DNA of 64,000 bases, taken from contig JAQWKT010000013.1 in assembly GCA_029247685.1 (NCBI GenBank), forward strand, positions 10,048 through 74,047, given 5' to 3'. Below the pieces are notes generated by a model, which saw only the letters and a program-made list of their open reading frames with translations, searched no databases and was not told the origin of the DNA. Shown here piece by piece: positions 38,150 to 48,274 of the stretch. The position numbers were made by a program, and so were the translations under genes. The stretch is from Crocinitomicaceae bacterium (GTDB lineage: Bacteria > Bacteroidota > Bacteroidia > Flavobacteriales_D > Crocinitomicaceae). Every line of letters starts with the position of its first letter. The stretch's first letter is position 1.

Positions 38150-39158
38150 CAAAATAACTTTTCACCTCAGAGATTCTGTTTTTCTTTTCTTCAGTACTTA
38201 GCCAGCTTATTTCAAATGCATTAATAGCCAGTTGCATCAAATGTTCTTTTTTTAAATCTAAGGCCTTTGCGGTCTCATAATAATTTTCATTCATGTACCC
38301 TCCAAAGTAAGCCGGGTCATCGGAATGAATAGTGGCCAATAATCCTTTTTCCAACATTTTTAGAACGGGATGATCCTCCATTTTTTGAATGACCTTTAGC
38401 TCTAGATTACTAAGCGGGCATAGAGTTAACCCCATTTTTTTATTTATTAGAGTTTTCACAAGTTTTTCATCGTCCAAACAACGATTTCCATGGTCCACCC
38501 GAACAACATTTAAAAGTTCAAGAGCCTCCCATATATAGTCAACAGGTCCTTCTTCCCCTGCATGAGCAACTAGTTTGAATCCGTGCTTAGCAGATTCTTT
38601 AAAAACCTGAACAAACTTGCTTGGCGGGTTTCCTAGCTCAGAAGAATCCAATCCAACCCCATCAATTAAATGCGCATATGGAATAGATGATTCTAGTGTT
38701 TTAAACGCTTCTTCCTCACTTAAATGCCTTAAATAAGACATTATAAGCTTGTAAGACATTCCAAGTTCTTTCTTGGCTTTTTCTAGGGCTCCAGAGATTC
38801 CTTTAATTACCACTTCAAATTTCACCCCTCTATCGGTATGCGTTTGCGGATCAAAAAACACCTCCACATGTACCACATTTTCACGATGGACTTTTTTTAA
38901 ATAAGCCCATGTTAGATCAAAAAAATCTTGCTCATAAAGAAGCACTTTTGCGCCGACATAGTAGATGTCTAAAAACTCTTGAAGGTTGTTAAACTTGTAT
39001 GCCTTTTTTAATGATTCGACAGAATCATAATCTAAAGAAACCTTGTTTCTTTTTGCGATTTCAAACATTAATTCTGGCTCAAAGCTTCCTTCTATATGAA
39101 GATGAAGTTCTGCTTTTGGAATACCTTGAATTAGTTTTTTTAGAAGTGTTGTTTGCAT
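38139..39158 (-). CDS. add: Adenosine/adenine deaminase
   Basis: PKAELHLHIEG, FFDPQTH, AHAGEE, R.DHG, CPLSN, SDDPAYF. Confidence 0.93.
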   Translation of the reverse strand: MQTTLLKKLIQGIPKAELHLHIEGSFEPELMFEIAKRNKVSLDYDSVESLKKAYKFNNLQEFLDIYYVGAKVLLYEQDFFDLTWAYLKKVHRENVVHVEVFFDPQTHTDRGVKFEVVIKGISGALEKAKKELGMSYKLIMSYLRHLSEEEAFKTLESSIPYAHLIDGVGLDSSELGNPPSKFVQVFKESAKHGFKLVAHAGEEGPVDYIWEALELLNVVRVDHGNRCLDDEKLVKTLINKKMGLTLCPLSNLELKVIQKMEDHPVLKMLEKGLLATIHSDDPAYFGGYMNENYYETAKALDLKKEHLMQLAINAFEISWLSTEEKKNRISEVKSYFEAF

Positions 39159-39239
39159 AATTTATGAATAGTTAGTGATTTTATGTCTCTTTAGATAAAA
39201 CTACGAAGAATAGTTGCTTTTTACTTCGAAACGATTCTA

Positions 39240-40124
39240 TTATTTCAAGTATTTTGCCAACAAACTATTTACTGATAGAGTTAAAGATTGTTTTTTGATT
39301 TTCTTTATCATGTCTGGTTTAAGCTTATTAAGCACGCTTTTTTCGACACCAATCAAAGGTTTTTCATCAGGAGGCTCTGGAAATATATTTTGCTCTTTAA
39401 AGAGTCTTCTAGTAACCCTAGCAACCTCCATTGCTCCTTTAAAGTTTCCTTCTTGCTCAAGTATGTAGGCTAAAGCAATCAAACCATAAGCATCTTCGGA
39501 TTTAGAATCGGCTTTCTTTCGCAAGGCATAATATTTTGTGATCAATCTTCGAGCTTCTGCAAAATCTCCAGTTGCGGTAGAAACAAATGACTTATTAAAA
39601 TGGTCTATTGTAAACATTCCGATAGCTCCAATAGATTCACTAATACGCATGCTTTCATTGTAAAAAGCTTCGGCTTTTTTAAGATTTCCAATTAAACGCC
39701 ACATTTCAGCATTCATGTGTGCTCTTTTCATCATCCACTTTTTTTCACCGGTGGTTTCAGACAATTTAACCAATTCAACACTAAGTTCAGCCAATCTTGT
39801 TGTATCTAATGTTCTTTGTGCATTTCTACACAAAGAAGATAATGCCCCTCCAATAAGATCATAATCGTTAACAGCGCGTCCATGCTCTAAAACCGTGTTG
39901 GCTAATTTTATGGACTCATCATCATTTCCTTCCTTAAAATGCTGATATGCCTCCTTAAGTAATTTCTGATTGTCTTTTTGCTCTTCAGCTATGCCCTTAT
40001 TAAGTTTAGTCTTATTTTTTGTTTTATTTGATATGTTATTAGAAGCGACAAGTTCTTCTTTCTTATCGGCACCACAAGAAAACAATAATACGGAAAGACC
40101 TATTGTATAAAATGTGTTTTTCAT
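39240..40124 (-). CDS. TPR-like helical-repeat lipoprotein
   Basis: Lipobox LLFS-C; repeated G(N/D)..(K/E)A helical motifs (GNLKKAEAFYNES, GDFAEARR, GNFKGAME). Confidence 0.65.
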   Translation of the reverse strand: MKNTFYTIGLSVLLFSCGADKKEELVASNNISNKTKNKTKLNKGIAEEQKDNQKLLKEAYQHFKEGNDDESIKLANTVLEHGRAVNDYDLIGGALSSLCRNAQRTLDTTRLAELSVELVKLSETTGEKKWMMKRAHMNAEMWRLIGNLKKAEAFYNESMRISESIGAIGMFTIDHFNKSFVSTATGDFAEARRLITKYYALRKKADSKSEDAYGLIALAYILEQEGNFKGAMEVARVTRRLFKEQNIFPEPPDEKPLIGVEKSVLNKLKPDMIKKIKKQSLTLSVNSLLAKYLK

Positions 40125-40714
40125 TTATAGTTTTTAAGTTCCACAATAATTTCATTTTTTCGATTAAAAATTTCGTATGGAGGATTATAGCCTAAGAAAA
40201 AAAAGTTGTTGCTGTATGCTATTTCTTTTTCTTTTAAAGCAGAAATTAATTTTTGCTTGTATTCCTTAATTTTTTTATTATTTGCCCATCCTCCAAAGCG
40301 AATTGCTGCTACGGTTTTTTTTGGAACTTCTTTAAATTCAATTTTTGAATTATCGGGTTGAGGTAGACTTTCTTTTTTTAATTTTTTAGGTACCATAAAC
40401 ATCATGGTCATCGAGTCTTCAAGAGACATCGTTACTGGAGAGGTCATGGCTATTTTTTGTTTTTTGTCGTTCCCTCCAAAAATATATCCAGCTAAAATAG
40501 AAAACCCTTTGCTTGACTCGTTTTTATAATTATTAGAATTTAATTTTACCGAAGTAAATAAAGCTTCGTCATAGGTGCGTATTTCAAAGGTTTTATATTT
40601 TTTAATAACCTTGTATGGGTACGTTTCAATATCGCTACTGCTCCTAAAAGCAAAAAGTTGGATAATGATAAAAGCGCTTACGATTACTCCAAGAATGATT
40701 AAAAAGATTTTCAT
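40121..40714 (-). CDS. SOUL family heme-binding protein
   Basis: E..PY.V…FEIR.Y, GF..LAGYIFGGN, KIAMTSPV, YNPP…R.NE. Confidence 0.92.
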   Translation of the reverse strand: MKIFLIILGVIVSAFIIIQLFAFRSSSDIETYPYKVIKKYKTFEIRTYDEALFTSVKLNSNNYKNESSKGFSILAGYIFGGNDKKQKIAMTSPVTMSLEDSMTMMFMVPKKLKKESLPQPDNSKIEFKEVPKKTVAAIRFGGWANNKKIKEYKQKLISALKEKEIAYSNNFFFLGYNPPYEIFNRKNEIIVELKNYK

Positions 40715-40751
40715 AGAAAGGCTGATTTAATTTTTTACAAAATAGAGGAAA

Positions 40752-42602
40752 TTAATTACTAATAGTAAAATTAAAAGGATACCTCATATAGGTGCGTTTT
40801 GTTAGGCCACCAAGTTCTCCTGGAGCCCATCTTGGCATTTTTCGTAACACTCGCTTAACTTCTTTCACAAAATCATTACATCCAGTTCTATTTCTTTCAA
40901 CAGTTATGTTTGTTAAGGAACCATTTTTCTCTACACAAAATTTAACAAAAACTCTTCCTTGCGCATTCATGTCCATACAAATATCGGGGAATTTTGTGTT
41001 TTCAAGAACGAACTTTTTAAGTGCAGCAGCACCTCCTGGAAATTCCGCCACCACATCTGGGAATTCGACTATCTCTTCATCAGTAACTTTTGGTTTGTAA
41101 CCTTCTCTTTGTGAATGTTTAGGAGGGGTTACGCGTATTTCAACATCTTCAATAAAAGGTTCTTCGACATCTTCAATAATCTCACTACCATTAAGGTTCT
41201 TTTTTAAACACCTTACACTATAAGCTTCAAATTCGTACCCACTTGATTGATATAAGTTGTCATCTTGATGAGACAAACGAACAACATAAACAGAAGCCTG
41301 TTCTTTATAGTTAATCGTCCCTGAAGAGCTCCAAAATTTGGCATATTGTCCAACTCCCGATCCATTATAATTTTTTCCTGGGGATAATATTATCCCAGAG
41401 GGGTATGCATTAAAGCTACTTTTATTATTTCCATTACCATACCTGTTATAATGCTCAACCCAGCCGGTTTTACTCTTTAATTCATCGCCAGCCTTATTTA
41501 TGCCACCAAATGAATTTGCTAATTCTAACCAATCTGCTTTGGAAGGGATTTCCCATCCATTTGGGGCCAAACCACGAGCATCAAAAACAGCGAAATAATT
41601 GTATAATAAACCATCTCTTTCTCCATTTTTAGGATTAAAATCAGAAAAGCAACATGCAGGAATTCTATTTCTACAGGCAGAGTTAAATTGTGTTTCGTTT
41701 TCAACAAAAAGGATAGAGTCTCCATTCTGAAAACATAAAGTGCGTAAATTATTGCCCATCCAAACTTGATTATAAATTTTTGTTGCAACATAATCTTTGG
41801 ACAACCAAAGACCATTTGGTTTTTTAACAGGATAATCTTTTACACATCGAACATAGTAACCGTCACTTTTGTTAGAGAATTTTTTATCACACAAATTATC
41901 GTTAAAACATTTACCAATGTAATGTGCTGATTCTCCTTTTAAGTGGGTATAGGTCCACCATTTAGCGCATACATCTCCATAACCATTTTCCATTTTATTG
42001 TTAACTCGAGACCCACCATATTGATAAAAATCACGAGGTATATTTGGTTTATAGATTTCTACACCTACTTCTTCTACATATGAATCCCATTTTGTATTAA
42101 CTATCCTCTCCCATTCTTCTAAAGTTGCAATATGCCATCCTTTTGGAGCTAATCCTCTTTTGTCAGTCACTGCATACCAATTATATAAAATGCCATATCT
42201 TTCTTTATTTTCTGGATTATTATTATAAAAACAACAAGCAGGTTCTTTATTTTTTCCAGCCTTAAACCATTCATTTTCATTATTAATTATTGGAATTGGA
42301 TCTCCATTTTTAAAGGACAAAAGATTTAGATTTTTTTTCATCCACACTTGTTCAGGTTTTCTGTAATAACCTGTTCTTCCATTGCTTTCAATTGTTATTG
42401 TATTTGATACATTTAATAATGAGTTTTTATTGTATGTTGAACGAGGCTTTTCTCTGGATTTTTTTTGTTTCAATATGAGTTTGCTTGTATTATTATATTT
42501 TTTTTCTATTGTTCCCTTTTTTGAAACAGAATTGTCGTTATTACAAGAAGATAGAGAAAGAAAAATAAGGCAAACAATAATTACAAAGTCTGATTTTTTC
42601 AT
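40752..42602 (-). CDS. Lipoprotein with two FISUMP (Fibrobacter succinogenes major paralog) domains and a C-terminal TonB domain
   Basis: Lipobox LSS-C; two units QVWM..NL…G.LYN..AV.D.RGLAP.GW.I…VRC; C-terminus AEFPGG..AL…QGRVFVKF.VEKNG…MP.W.PG…PFNF. Confidence 0.85.
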   Translation of the reverse strand: MKKSDFVIIVCLIFLSLSSCNNDNSVSKKGTIEKKYNNTSKLILKQKKSREKPRSTYNKNSLLNVSNTITIESNGRTGYYRKPEQVWMKKNLNLLSFKNGDPIPIINNENEWFKAGKNKEPACCFYNNNPENKERYGILYNWYAVTDKRGLAPKGWHIATLEEWERIVNTKWDSYVEEVGVEIYKPNIPRDFYQYGGSRVNNKMENGYGDVCAKWWTYTHLKGESAHYIGKCFNDNLCDKKFSNKSDGYYVRCVKDYPVKKPNGLWLSKDYVATKIYNQVWMGNNLRTLCFQNGDSILFVENETQFNSACRNRIPACCFSDFNPKNGERDGLLYNYFAVFDARGLAPNGWEIPSKADWLELANSFGGINKAGDELKSKTGWVEHYNRYGNGNNKSSFNAYPSGIILSPGKNYNGSGVGQYAKFWSSSGTINYKEQASVYVVRLSHQDDNLYQSSGYEFEAYSVRCLKKNLNGSEIIEDVEEPFIEDVEIRVTPPKHSQREGYKPKVTDEEIVEFPDVVAEFPGGAAALKKFVLENTKFPDICMDMNAQGRVFVKFCVEKNGSLTNITVERNRTGCNDFVKEVKRVLRKMPRWAPGELGGLTKRTYMRYPFNFTISN

Positions 42603-42622
42603 GTTAATTAAAAAGTTTGATT

Positions 42623-45238
42623 TTACCCACCAGTTAGTTTTTTTATTTCGTTAAGCTTCATTAATGCTTCTATAGGCGTTAAAGAGTTAATATCTATGTG
42701 CATTAATTCGTCATGAATTTGTTGTAAAACAGGATCGTCAAGTTGAAAAAAACTAAGTTGTAGCTCTTCCTTTTTTTGAGCACCAACTTGTTTTTTCTCT
42801 ACTTTTTTATGTTTTGACTCTAAATCAATTAATATTTCTTCCGATTTTTTAATTACCGAAAGCGGCATTCCGGCGAGTCTTGCCACATGAATACCAAAAG
42901 AATGTTCGCTTCCACCCTCCACAAGTTTCCTTAAAAACAAGATTCGTTTTCCCATTTCTTTTACCGAAACATTAAAGTTTTTAATTCTAGGATAAATAGA
43001 ACTCATTGAATTTAGTTCATGATAATGTGTTGCAAATAGTGTTTTCGCTTTTGCGTTTGGAAATTCGTGCAGGTATTCCGCAATAGCCCAAGCGATGGAA
43101 ATGCCATCATAGGTGCTTGTTCCTCTTCCAATTTCATCTAACAAAATAAGACTTCTTTTAGAAAGGTTGTTTAAAATACTTGCTGTTTCATTCATCTCCA
43201 CCATAAAAGTAGATTCTCCTGAAGAGATATTATCTGAAGCCCCAACACGGGTAAAGATTTTATCCACTATGCCAATTTCCGCTCGTTCAGCAGGAACAAA
43301 GCATCCAACTTGAGCCATTAAAACAATTAGTGCCGTTTGACGAAGCAGCGCACTTTTTCCACTCATGTTTGGCCCGGTAATCATCATGATTTGTTGCGTG
43401 TTTTCGTCTAAAAAAACATCATTTGGGATATAACTTTCTGCTGCAGGAATGCTTTTCTCAATAACAGGGTGCCTGCCATTTTTAATATTTATCTCAAGGC
43501 TATTATTGATGCTTGGCTTGCTATAGTTGTATTGTTCAGAAATTAGAGCAAATGCACAAAAACAGTCAAGCTTAGCAAGTAAAAAAGCATTTTTTTGAAT
43601 AGGTTCTATGTATTTAGAGACAATCTCTACAAGCTCATTAAAAAGCCTTGTTTCAAGAGCCCTTATTTTATCTTCTGCACCAAGAATTTTGTGCTCATAC
43701 TCCTTAAGCTTTTCAGTAATATATCGCTCTGCATTAACAAGGGTTTGTTTTCTAATCCATTCTTCAGGAACTTTGTCTTTATGCGTGTTTCGGACCTCAA
43801 AATAATATCCAAAAACGTTATTAAATGAAATCTTTAGACTCGAAATACCAGTCCGAGTCATTTCTTTTTGTTGCATCTTATCAAGATAGGATTTCCCATC
43901 GGAAAGAATTTCTCTTAAGGAGTCAAGATCCTTGTTGAGACCGTTGTTAATAACAGGTCCTTTTCCTACTTGAACTGCAGGCGATTCAAGAAGGTGTTTT
44001 TCGATGGTTTGACTTAATTTTTTACAAGGATTGAGAGCTCTTGACATTGCTTTTGTCTCTTTGTTTTCAATTTTAGACAAAACTTCTTTTATAAAGGGAA
44101 TACAATTAAGCGTTTCTTTAAGCTTAATTAATTCTCTTGGATTAACTCGTTGTACCGAAACTTTAGAGACTAATCTTTCTAAATCTCCTACATCTTTTAG
44201 GTGTTCGCTTAAAAGATTTCGTTGATTTTCTTTTTTGAAAAGAGCGTCTACAAAATCTAGTCTAGCATTAATTTTTTTGGAATCTTTTAGTGGCAAAAGC
44301 ACCCATCTTTTTAGCAATCTTGCACCCATTGGGGATAGGGTTTTATCCATTACATCAATTAATGTTATTGCATCTTCGTTAGGAGATTGAACCAATTCAA
44401 GGTTTCTAATGGTGAACCGATCCATCCAGACAAAACTATCTTCTTCTATCCGTTTAATGGAACGAATGTGTTGAAGTTTGTTTTGATGATTATCATTGAG
44501 GTAATGAAGAATGGCTCCTGCGGCAATAACTCCTTCATCCATGTGGTTAATTCCAAAGCCCTTTAAGGAGTTTGTTTCAAAATGTCCAAGCAGTTTTTCT
44601 TCCGCAAAATCCACTTGAAAAGCCCAGTCATCAATCGCAAAAGAATAATATTTTTCGGAAAAAAGGGCATTATAATCTGCGCGTTTATTTTTTTGAAAAA
44701 CAATTTCACTAGGTTGCATGGAAGAAACTAACTTGTCAAGGTATTCTATTTTTCCTGACGCATAAAGAAATTCTCCAGTAGTTACGTCAATAAAAGAGAT
44801 TCCATGCACAAGTTTTGAAAAATGAATGGCACACAAAAAGTTGTTTTTTGCCTTATCTAAAACTTGGTCATTAAAAGAAACCCCAGGGGTAACTAATTCC
44901 GTTACTCCTCTTTTAACGATTTTTTTAGTGAGCTTTGGATCTTCTAGTTGGTCACAAACGGCAACACGCTGACCAGACCGCACCAATTTTGGTAAATAGG
45001 TTTCTAGAGAATGATGCGGAAAACCCGCTAACTCTATTTTTGCAGCGGCTCCATTTTTTCTATGCGTAAGAACAATGCCAAGAATTTTAGAAGCAACAAT
45101 AGCATCTTGTCCAAAGGTTTCATAAAAATCACCAACACGAAATAATAAAAGAGCTTTTGGGTGCTTAGCCTTAATCTGATTGTATTGTTTCATCAGAGGA
45201 GTTTCTTTTATTTCCTGTTTTTTTATGGTTTTTTTCAA
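42623..45238 (-). CDS. mutS: DNA mismatch repair protein MutS
   Basis: TPLMKQY, FRVGDFYE, TGPNMSGKS, STFMVEM, DEIGRGTST, FATHYHEL. Confidence 0.98.
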   Translation of the reverse strand: MKKTIKKQEIKETPLMKQYNQIKAKHPKALLLFRVGDFYETFGQDAIVASKILGIVLTHRKNGAAAKIELAGFPHHSLETYLPKLVRSGQRVAVCDQLEDPKLTKKIVKRGVTELVTPGVSFNDQVLDKAKNNFLCAIHFSKLVHGISFIDVTTGEFLYASGKIEYLDKLVSSMQPSEIVFQKNKRADYNALFSEKYYSFAIDDWAFQVDFAEEKLLGHFETNSLKGFGINHMDEGVIAAGAILHYLNDNHQNKLQHIRSIKRIEEDSFVWMDRFTIRNLELVQSPNEDAITLIDVMDKTLSPMGARLLKRWVLLPLKDSKKINARLDFVDALFKKENQRNLLSEHLKDVGDLERLVSKVSVQRVNPRELIKLKETLNCIPFIKEVLSKIENKETKAMSRALNPCKKLSQTIEKHLLESPAVQVGKGPVINNGLNKDLDSLREILSDGKSYLDKMQQKEMTRTGISSLKISFNNVFGYYFEVRNTHKDKVPEEWIRKQTLVNAERYITEKLKEYEHKILGAEDKIRALETRLFNELVEIVSKYIEPIQKNAFLLAKLDCFCAFALISEQYNYSKPSINNSLEINIKNGRHPVIEKSIPAAESYIPNDVFLDENTQQIMMITGPNMSGKSALLRQTALIVLMAQVGCFVPAERAEIGIVDKIFTRVGASDNISSGESTFMVEMNETASILNNLSKRSLILLDEIGRGTSTYDGISIAWAIAEYLHEFPNAKAKTLFATHYHELNSMSSIYPRIKNFNVSVKEMGKRILFLRKLVEGGSEHSFGIHVARLAGMPLSVIKKSEEILIDLESKHKKVEKKQVGAQKKEELQLSFFQLDDPVLQQIHDELMHIDINSLTPIEALMKLNEIKKLTGG

Positions 45239-45315
45239 ACGAGAGGGTTAAATATTAAACTCGTAAATTTACAACCATATAACCGCACATCAAAATTATT
45301 AAAGCAACTTGATTT

Positions 45316-45855
45316 ATGACTAGCAATAGAAAACTCAAATTATGGGAGCTTGAACGTGTTGATAAGGAAACCTTTCTAACACAGAAAAAAGAAGATCTTC
45401 TTATAGTTTTAGATAACATAAGGTCTTTAAACAATGTTGGTTCATTTTTTAGAACATGCGATGCGTTTAATGTAAAGAAAATTTATTTATGCGGAATAAC
45501 TCCTAAACCTCCCCACAGAGAGATAAACAAAACCGCAATAGGGGCTACTCAAACGGTGACCTGGGAATATAGAGAATCTGCTTTAATGTTAACAAAGGAA
45601 TTAAAAGCAAAAGGAAATATAATTGTTTCTATTGAACAAGCAAGTACCACCAAAAATATACAAGAATTAAATAACTTTGTTAACAAGCCATTGGTTCTAG
45701 TTTTTGGAAATGAAGTAGAAGGAGTCGATCAGGAGATAGTGGATCTTAGCCATGAAGTAATGGAGATTCCTCAATACGGAACAAAGCATAGCTTAAATGT
45801 AAGCGTTTGTGCTGGAATAGTTATATGGGAAGCAACAAAAAAAAGCAACAAATGA
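45316..45855 (+). CDS. TrmH/SpoU family RNA methyltransferase
   Basis: LDNIRS..NVGS.FRT.D, FGNEVEG, IPQYGTKHSLNVS. Confidence 0.92.
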   Translation: MTSNRKLKLWELERVDKETFLTQKKEDLLIVLDNIRSLNNVGSFFRTCDAFNVKKIYLCGITPKPPHREINKTAIGATQTVTWEYRESALMLTKELKAKGNIIVSIEQASTTKNIQELNNFVNKPLVLVFGNEVEGVDQEIVDLSHEVMEIPQYGTKHSLNVSVCAGIVIWEATKKSNK

Positions 45856-46691
45856 AAAAGGTAATTATTGTTCAAGGAGGCGGGTTTATGACCAGTTATA
45901 CTACTGGAGTTTTAGATGCTTTTCAAATGACAAATTATAAGCCTTTTGATTCTCATGTTGGAATTTCAGGTGGGTCCATTGCTTTGTCTTATTTTTTAAG
46001 TGATCAATATGGTTCCTGCTATCAAACAATGATCAAACTCATCAAGGAAAGACAATTTTTGCGTTATTCAAAAGTGTTGACAGATGGCCTTCTGAATTTG
46101 GATTATTTTCATGAAATTGCAAATAATGAAATGCCTTTTGATTTTGATAAAGCCGAGCAAAACACCAAAAAAAAGGATTTTTATGTCGTACTAACAAATA
46201 GTGACAACGGAACACCAGTTTATTTTCAACCACAGAAAAAAAATTGGGTGGATTCAATAATTGCATCTAGTACAATTCCTTTTTTAACGAAAGGGAAGCA
46301 TGTTATAGATGGTGTTGGATATTCGGATGGGGCTTTAGGCGATCCAATTCCTGTTCGTTGGGCGGTTGAAAATGGAGCAAAAGAGGTTCTTGTGATTAGA
46401 ACAACTCCATTTGTAGAAAAAGCAGGAAAAAAGATTTCCGAAGTGTTTGCATCCAAAATTACAAACGCTTCTCCAAAATTAAAACTACAAATAGAAAACC
46501 ACTCGATTAATGTTCATAAGGCCATTTCTTATATGGATAACCCTCCAGAGGGAGTAATTATTAAGCAGATTGCCCCAATAAATATTCTTAAATCTGGTGT
46601 TTTTGCCATATCAAGTAATCAGCTTGTAGAAGATTATAGACATGGGCTTCAATGTGGATTAGATTATGTTTTTAACCATAAAAGCGATTAA
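45852..46691 (+). CDS. Patatin-like phospholipase family protein
   Basis: QGGG, GISGG (GxSxG), ASS.IP, DGA..DPIP; ATG at 45852 overlaps the upstream TGA. Confidence 0.88.
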   Translation: MKKVIIVQGGGFMTSYTTGVLDAFQMTNYKPFDSHVGISGGSIALSYFLSDQYGSCYQTMIKLIKERQFLRYSKVLTDGLLNLDYFHEIANNEMPFDFDKAEQNTKKKDFYVVLTNSDNGTPVYFQPQKKNWVDSIIASSTIPFLTKGKHVIDGVGYSDGALGDPIPVRWAVENGAKEVLVIRTTPFVEKAGKKISEVFASKITNASPKLKLQIENHSINVHKAISYMDNPPEGVIIKQIAPINILKSGVFAISSNQLVEDYRHGLQCGLDYVFNHKSD

Positions 46692-47236
46692 AACTTTAAT
46701 TTTTTTCTCCATTTTCGATGGATTCGTTTGCTTAGCTTTTTTCTATATCGTTTGATAACAGAGCTTCTATCTGAGATATTACCACATTTAATAATGTCTC
46801 TAAAATAGATTTTTCCATTTTTATATAAGCTTATTTCAAAAGAAACAGAAGTTGCTTCTTCTCTATAAACCTTAAAAAGGTTTCCTGAAGCAAGAATATC
46901 TTTAAGTAATGGAGCCCGTGAAGATTTCTTATATCGTCGATCATACCCCCTAACGTTAATTATCATAAAGGTGTTATAGCCTAAATCGGCTTGTTGTTTT
47001 TGGATAGAGTCAGTACTTAACAAAGAGGCATCAGAGCCTATTTTTAATAGGTTTAAAGAAGGAATAGCCTTTATATTAAACGTGGATAAAATTTCAGAGG
47101 TGTTTATTTCAATAGAAAATCGATCTTCTGATTTGTCAAATTGTCCCACGACAATTGTTTTTCCAATGGAATTAATTTGTACAAAGCATACGTTTGCACT
47201 AAAAAACAGAAAATAACACAGGTTAAAAAATTTCAT
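46688..47236 (-). CDS. Hypothetical exported protein
   Basis: About 180 aa ORF with hydrophobic N-terminus, overlapping the metF end. Confidence 0.6.
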   Translation of the reverse strand: MKFFNLCYFLFFSANVCFVQINSIGKTIVVGQFDKSEDRFSIEINTSEILSTFNIKAIPSLNLLKIGSDASLLSTDSIQKQQADLGYNTFMIINVRGYDRRYKKSSRAPLLKDILASGNLFKVYREEATSVSFEISLYKNGKIYFRDIIKCGNISDRSSVIKRYRKKLSKRIHRKWRKKLKF

Positions 47237-48173
47237 TTGCAATAGTTTTAACAGATAAAGAGTTGGACATGGTGTAATAATGGATGCAGGGCACCTTTTT
47301 TTTCATAAGTTCTTTAGATTGTTCTATGCCCCATTCCTCTCCTACTTTTTCTACTTCATTATTGGTTTTGCATTTAAGAAGTTCTTTAGATAAATCTTCA
47401 GGAAAGTCAATGTGAAAAAACTTAGGCAAAAATGAAATATGATTCATTGTTTTTATTGGTTTTAAACCAGGAATAATAGGAACATTAATGCCAATTTTTT
47501 TACAAGCTTCTACAAAAGAAAAATACTTATTGTTATCAAAAAACATTTGAGTAACAATGTATTCTGCTCCAGCATCGACTTTCTTTTTTAAATACATTAA
47601 ATCAGTTTCCATGTTCATCGATTCAAAATGTTTTTCAGGGTAGCCAGCTGCTCCAACGCAAAAATTAGTTCCTTCCATTTTAACATCATCAATTAAATAA
47701 TTCCCACTATTCATTTCAGATATTTGATTAATTAATTCAGAAGCATATGAATGTCCATCTAGATGAGGTTTAAAAGAAGATTCAGTTTTAATTGGGTCTC
47801 CGCGAAGAGCCAAGACATTATCAATACCCAGAAAATTAAGGTCGATTAATGCATTTTCGGTTTCTTCATTGCTAAATCCACCACAAATAAGATGCGGAAC
47901 AGCATCAATATGGTATTTATTCATAATTGCCGCGCAAATTCCAACGGTCCCTGGTCGTTTTCTTATAGAAATTTTTTCTAGGAGACCATTCTCTTTTTCT
48001 TTATATAGGTATTCTTCTCTATGATAGGTTACATTTATAAATTTAGGTTTGAATTCCATTAATGGATCTATTCCATTAAAAATAGACTGGATGTTTGCTC
48101 CTTTTAATGGAGGTAAAATTTCAAACGAAAATAAGGTTTCAGAAGAACCTTTAAGATGATCGATAACTTTCAT
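47223..48173 (-). CDS. metF: Methylenetetrahydrofolate reductase
   Basis: FSFEILPP, VTY, VPHLICGG, LALRGD, GYPEKH, TQMFFDN, HYYTM. Confidence 0.95.
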   Translation of the reverse strand: MKVIDHLKGSSETLFSFEILPPLKGANIQSIFNGIDPLMEFKPKFINVTYHREEYLYKEKENGLLEKISIRKRPGTVGICAAIMNKYHIDAVPHLICGGFSNEETENALIDLNFLGIDNVLALRGDPIKTESSFKPHLDGHSYASELINQISEMNSGNYLIDDVKMEGTNFCVGAAGYPEKHFESMNMETDLMYLKKKVDAGAEYIVTQMFFDNNKYFSFVEACKKIGINVPIIPGLKPIKTMNHISFLPKFFHIDFPEDLSKELLKCKTNNEVEKVGEEWGIEQSKELMKKKVPCIHYYTMSNSLSVKTIANEIF

Positions 48174-48190
48174 ACAAAATTTAAAGAATA

Positions 48191-48198
48191 CAAATATA
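48191..48198 (-). promoter_or_regulatory. -7 promoter element TATATTTG for metF
   Basis: TAnnTTTG match 17 nt before ATG 48173. Confidence 0.5.
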
Positions 48199-48274
48199 GA
48201 AGAAGAATTGTTACAAGTTATCACATTTGTATAACAGAAAAATTAAATTCCTTATTTTTATGAAAAATAAAAAA

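Noticed and set aside
39159..39239. Purine riboswitch upstream of the deaminase
   Set aside because: No three-stem junction or conserved purine-aptamer core is recognisable.
45852..46691. Patatin as an anti-phage (CBASS-type) effector
   Set aside because: No cyclase or other defence genes are nearby; it is coupled to a housekeeping TrmH methyltransferase.
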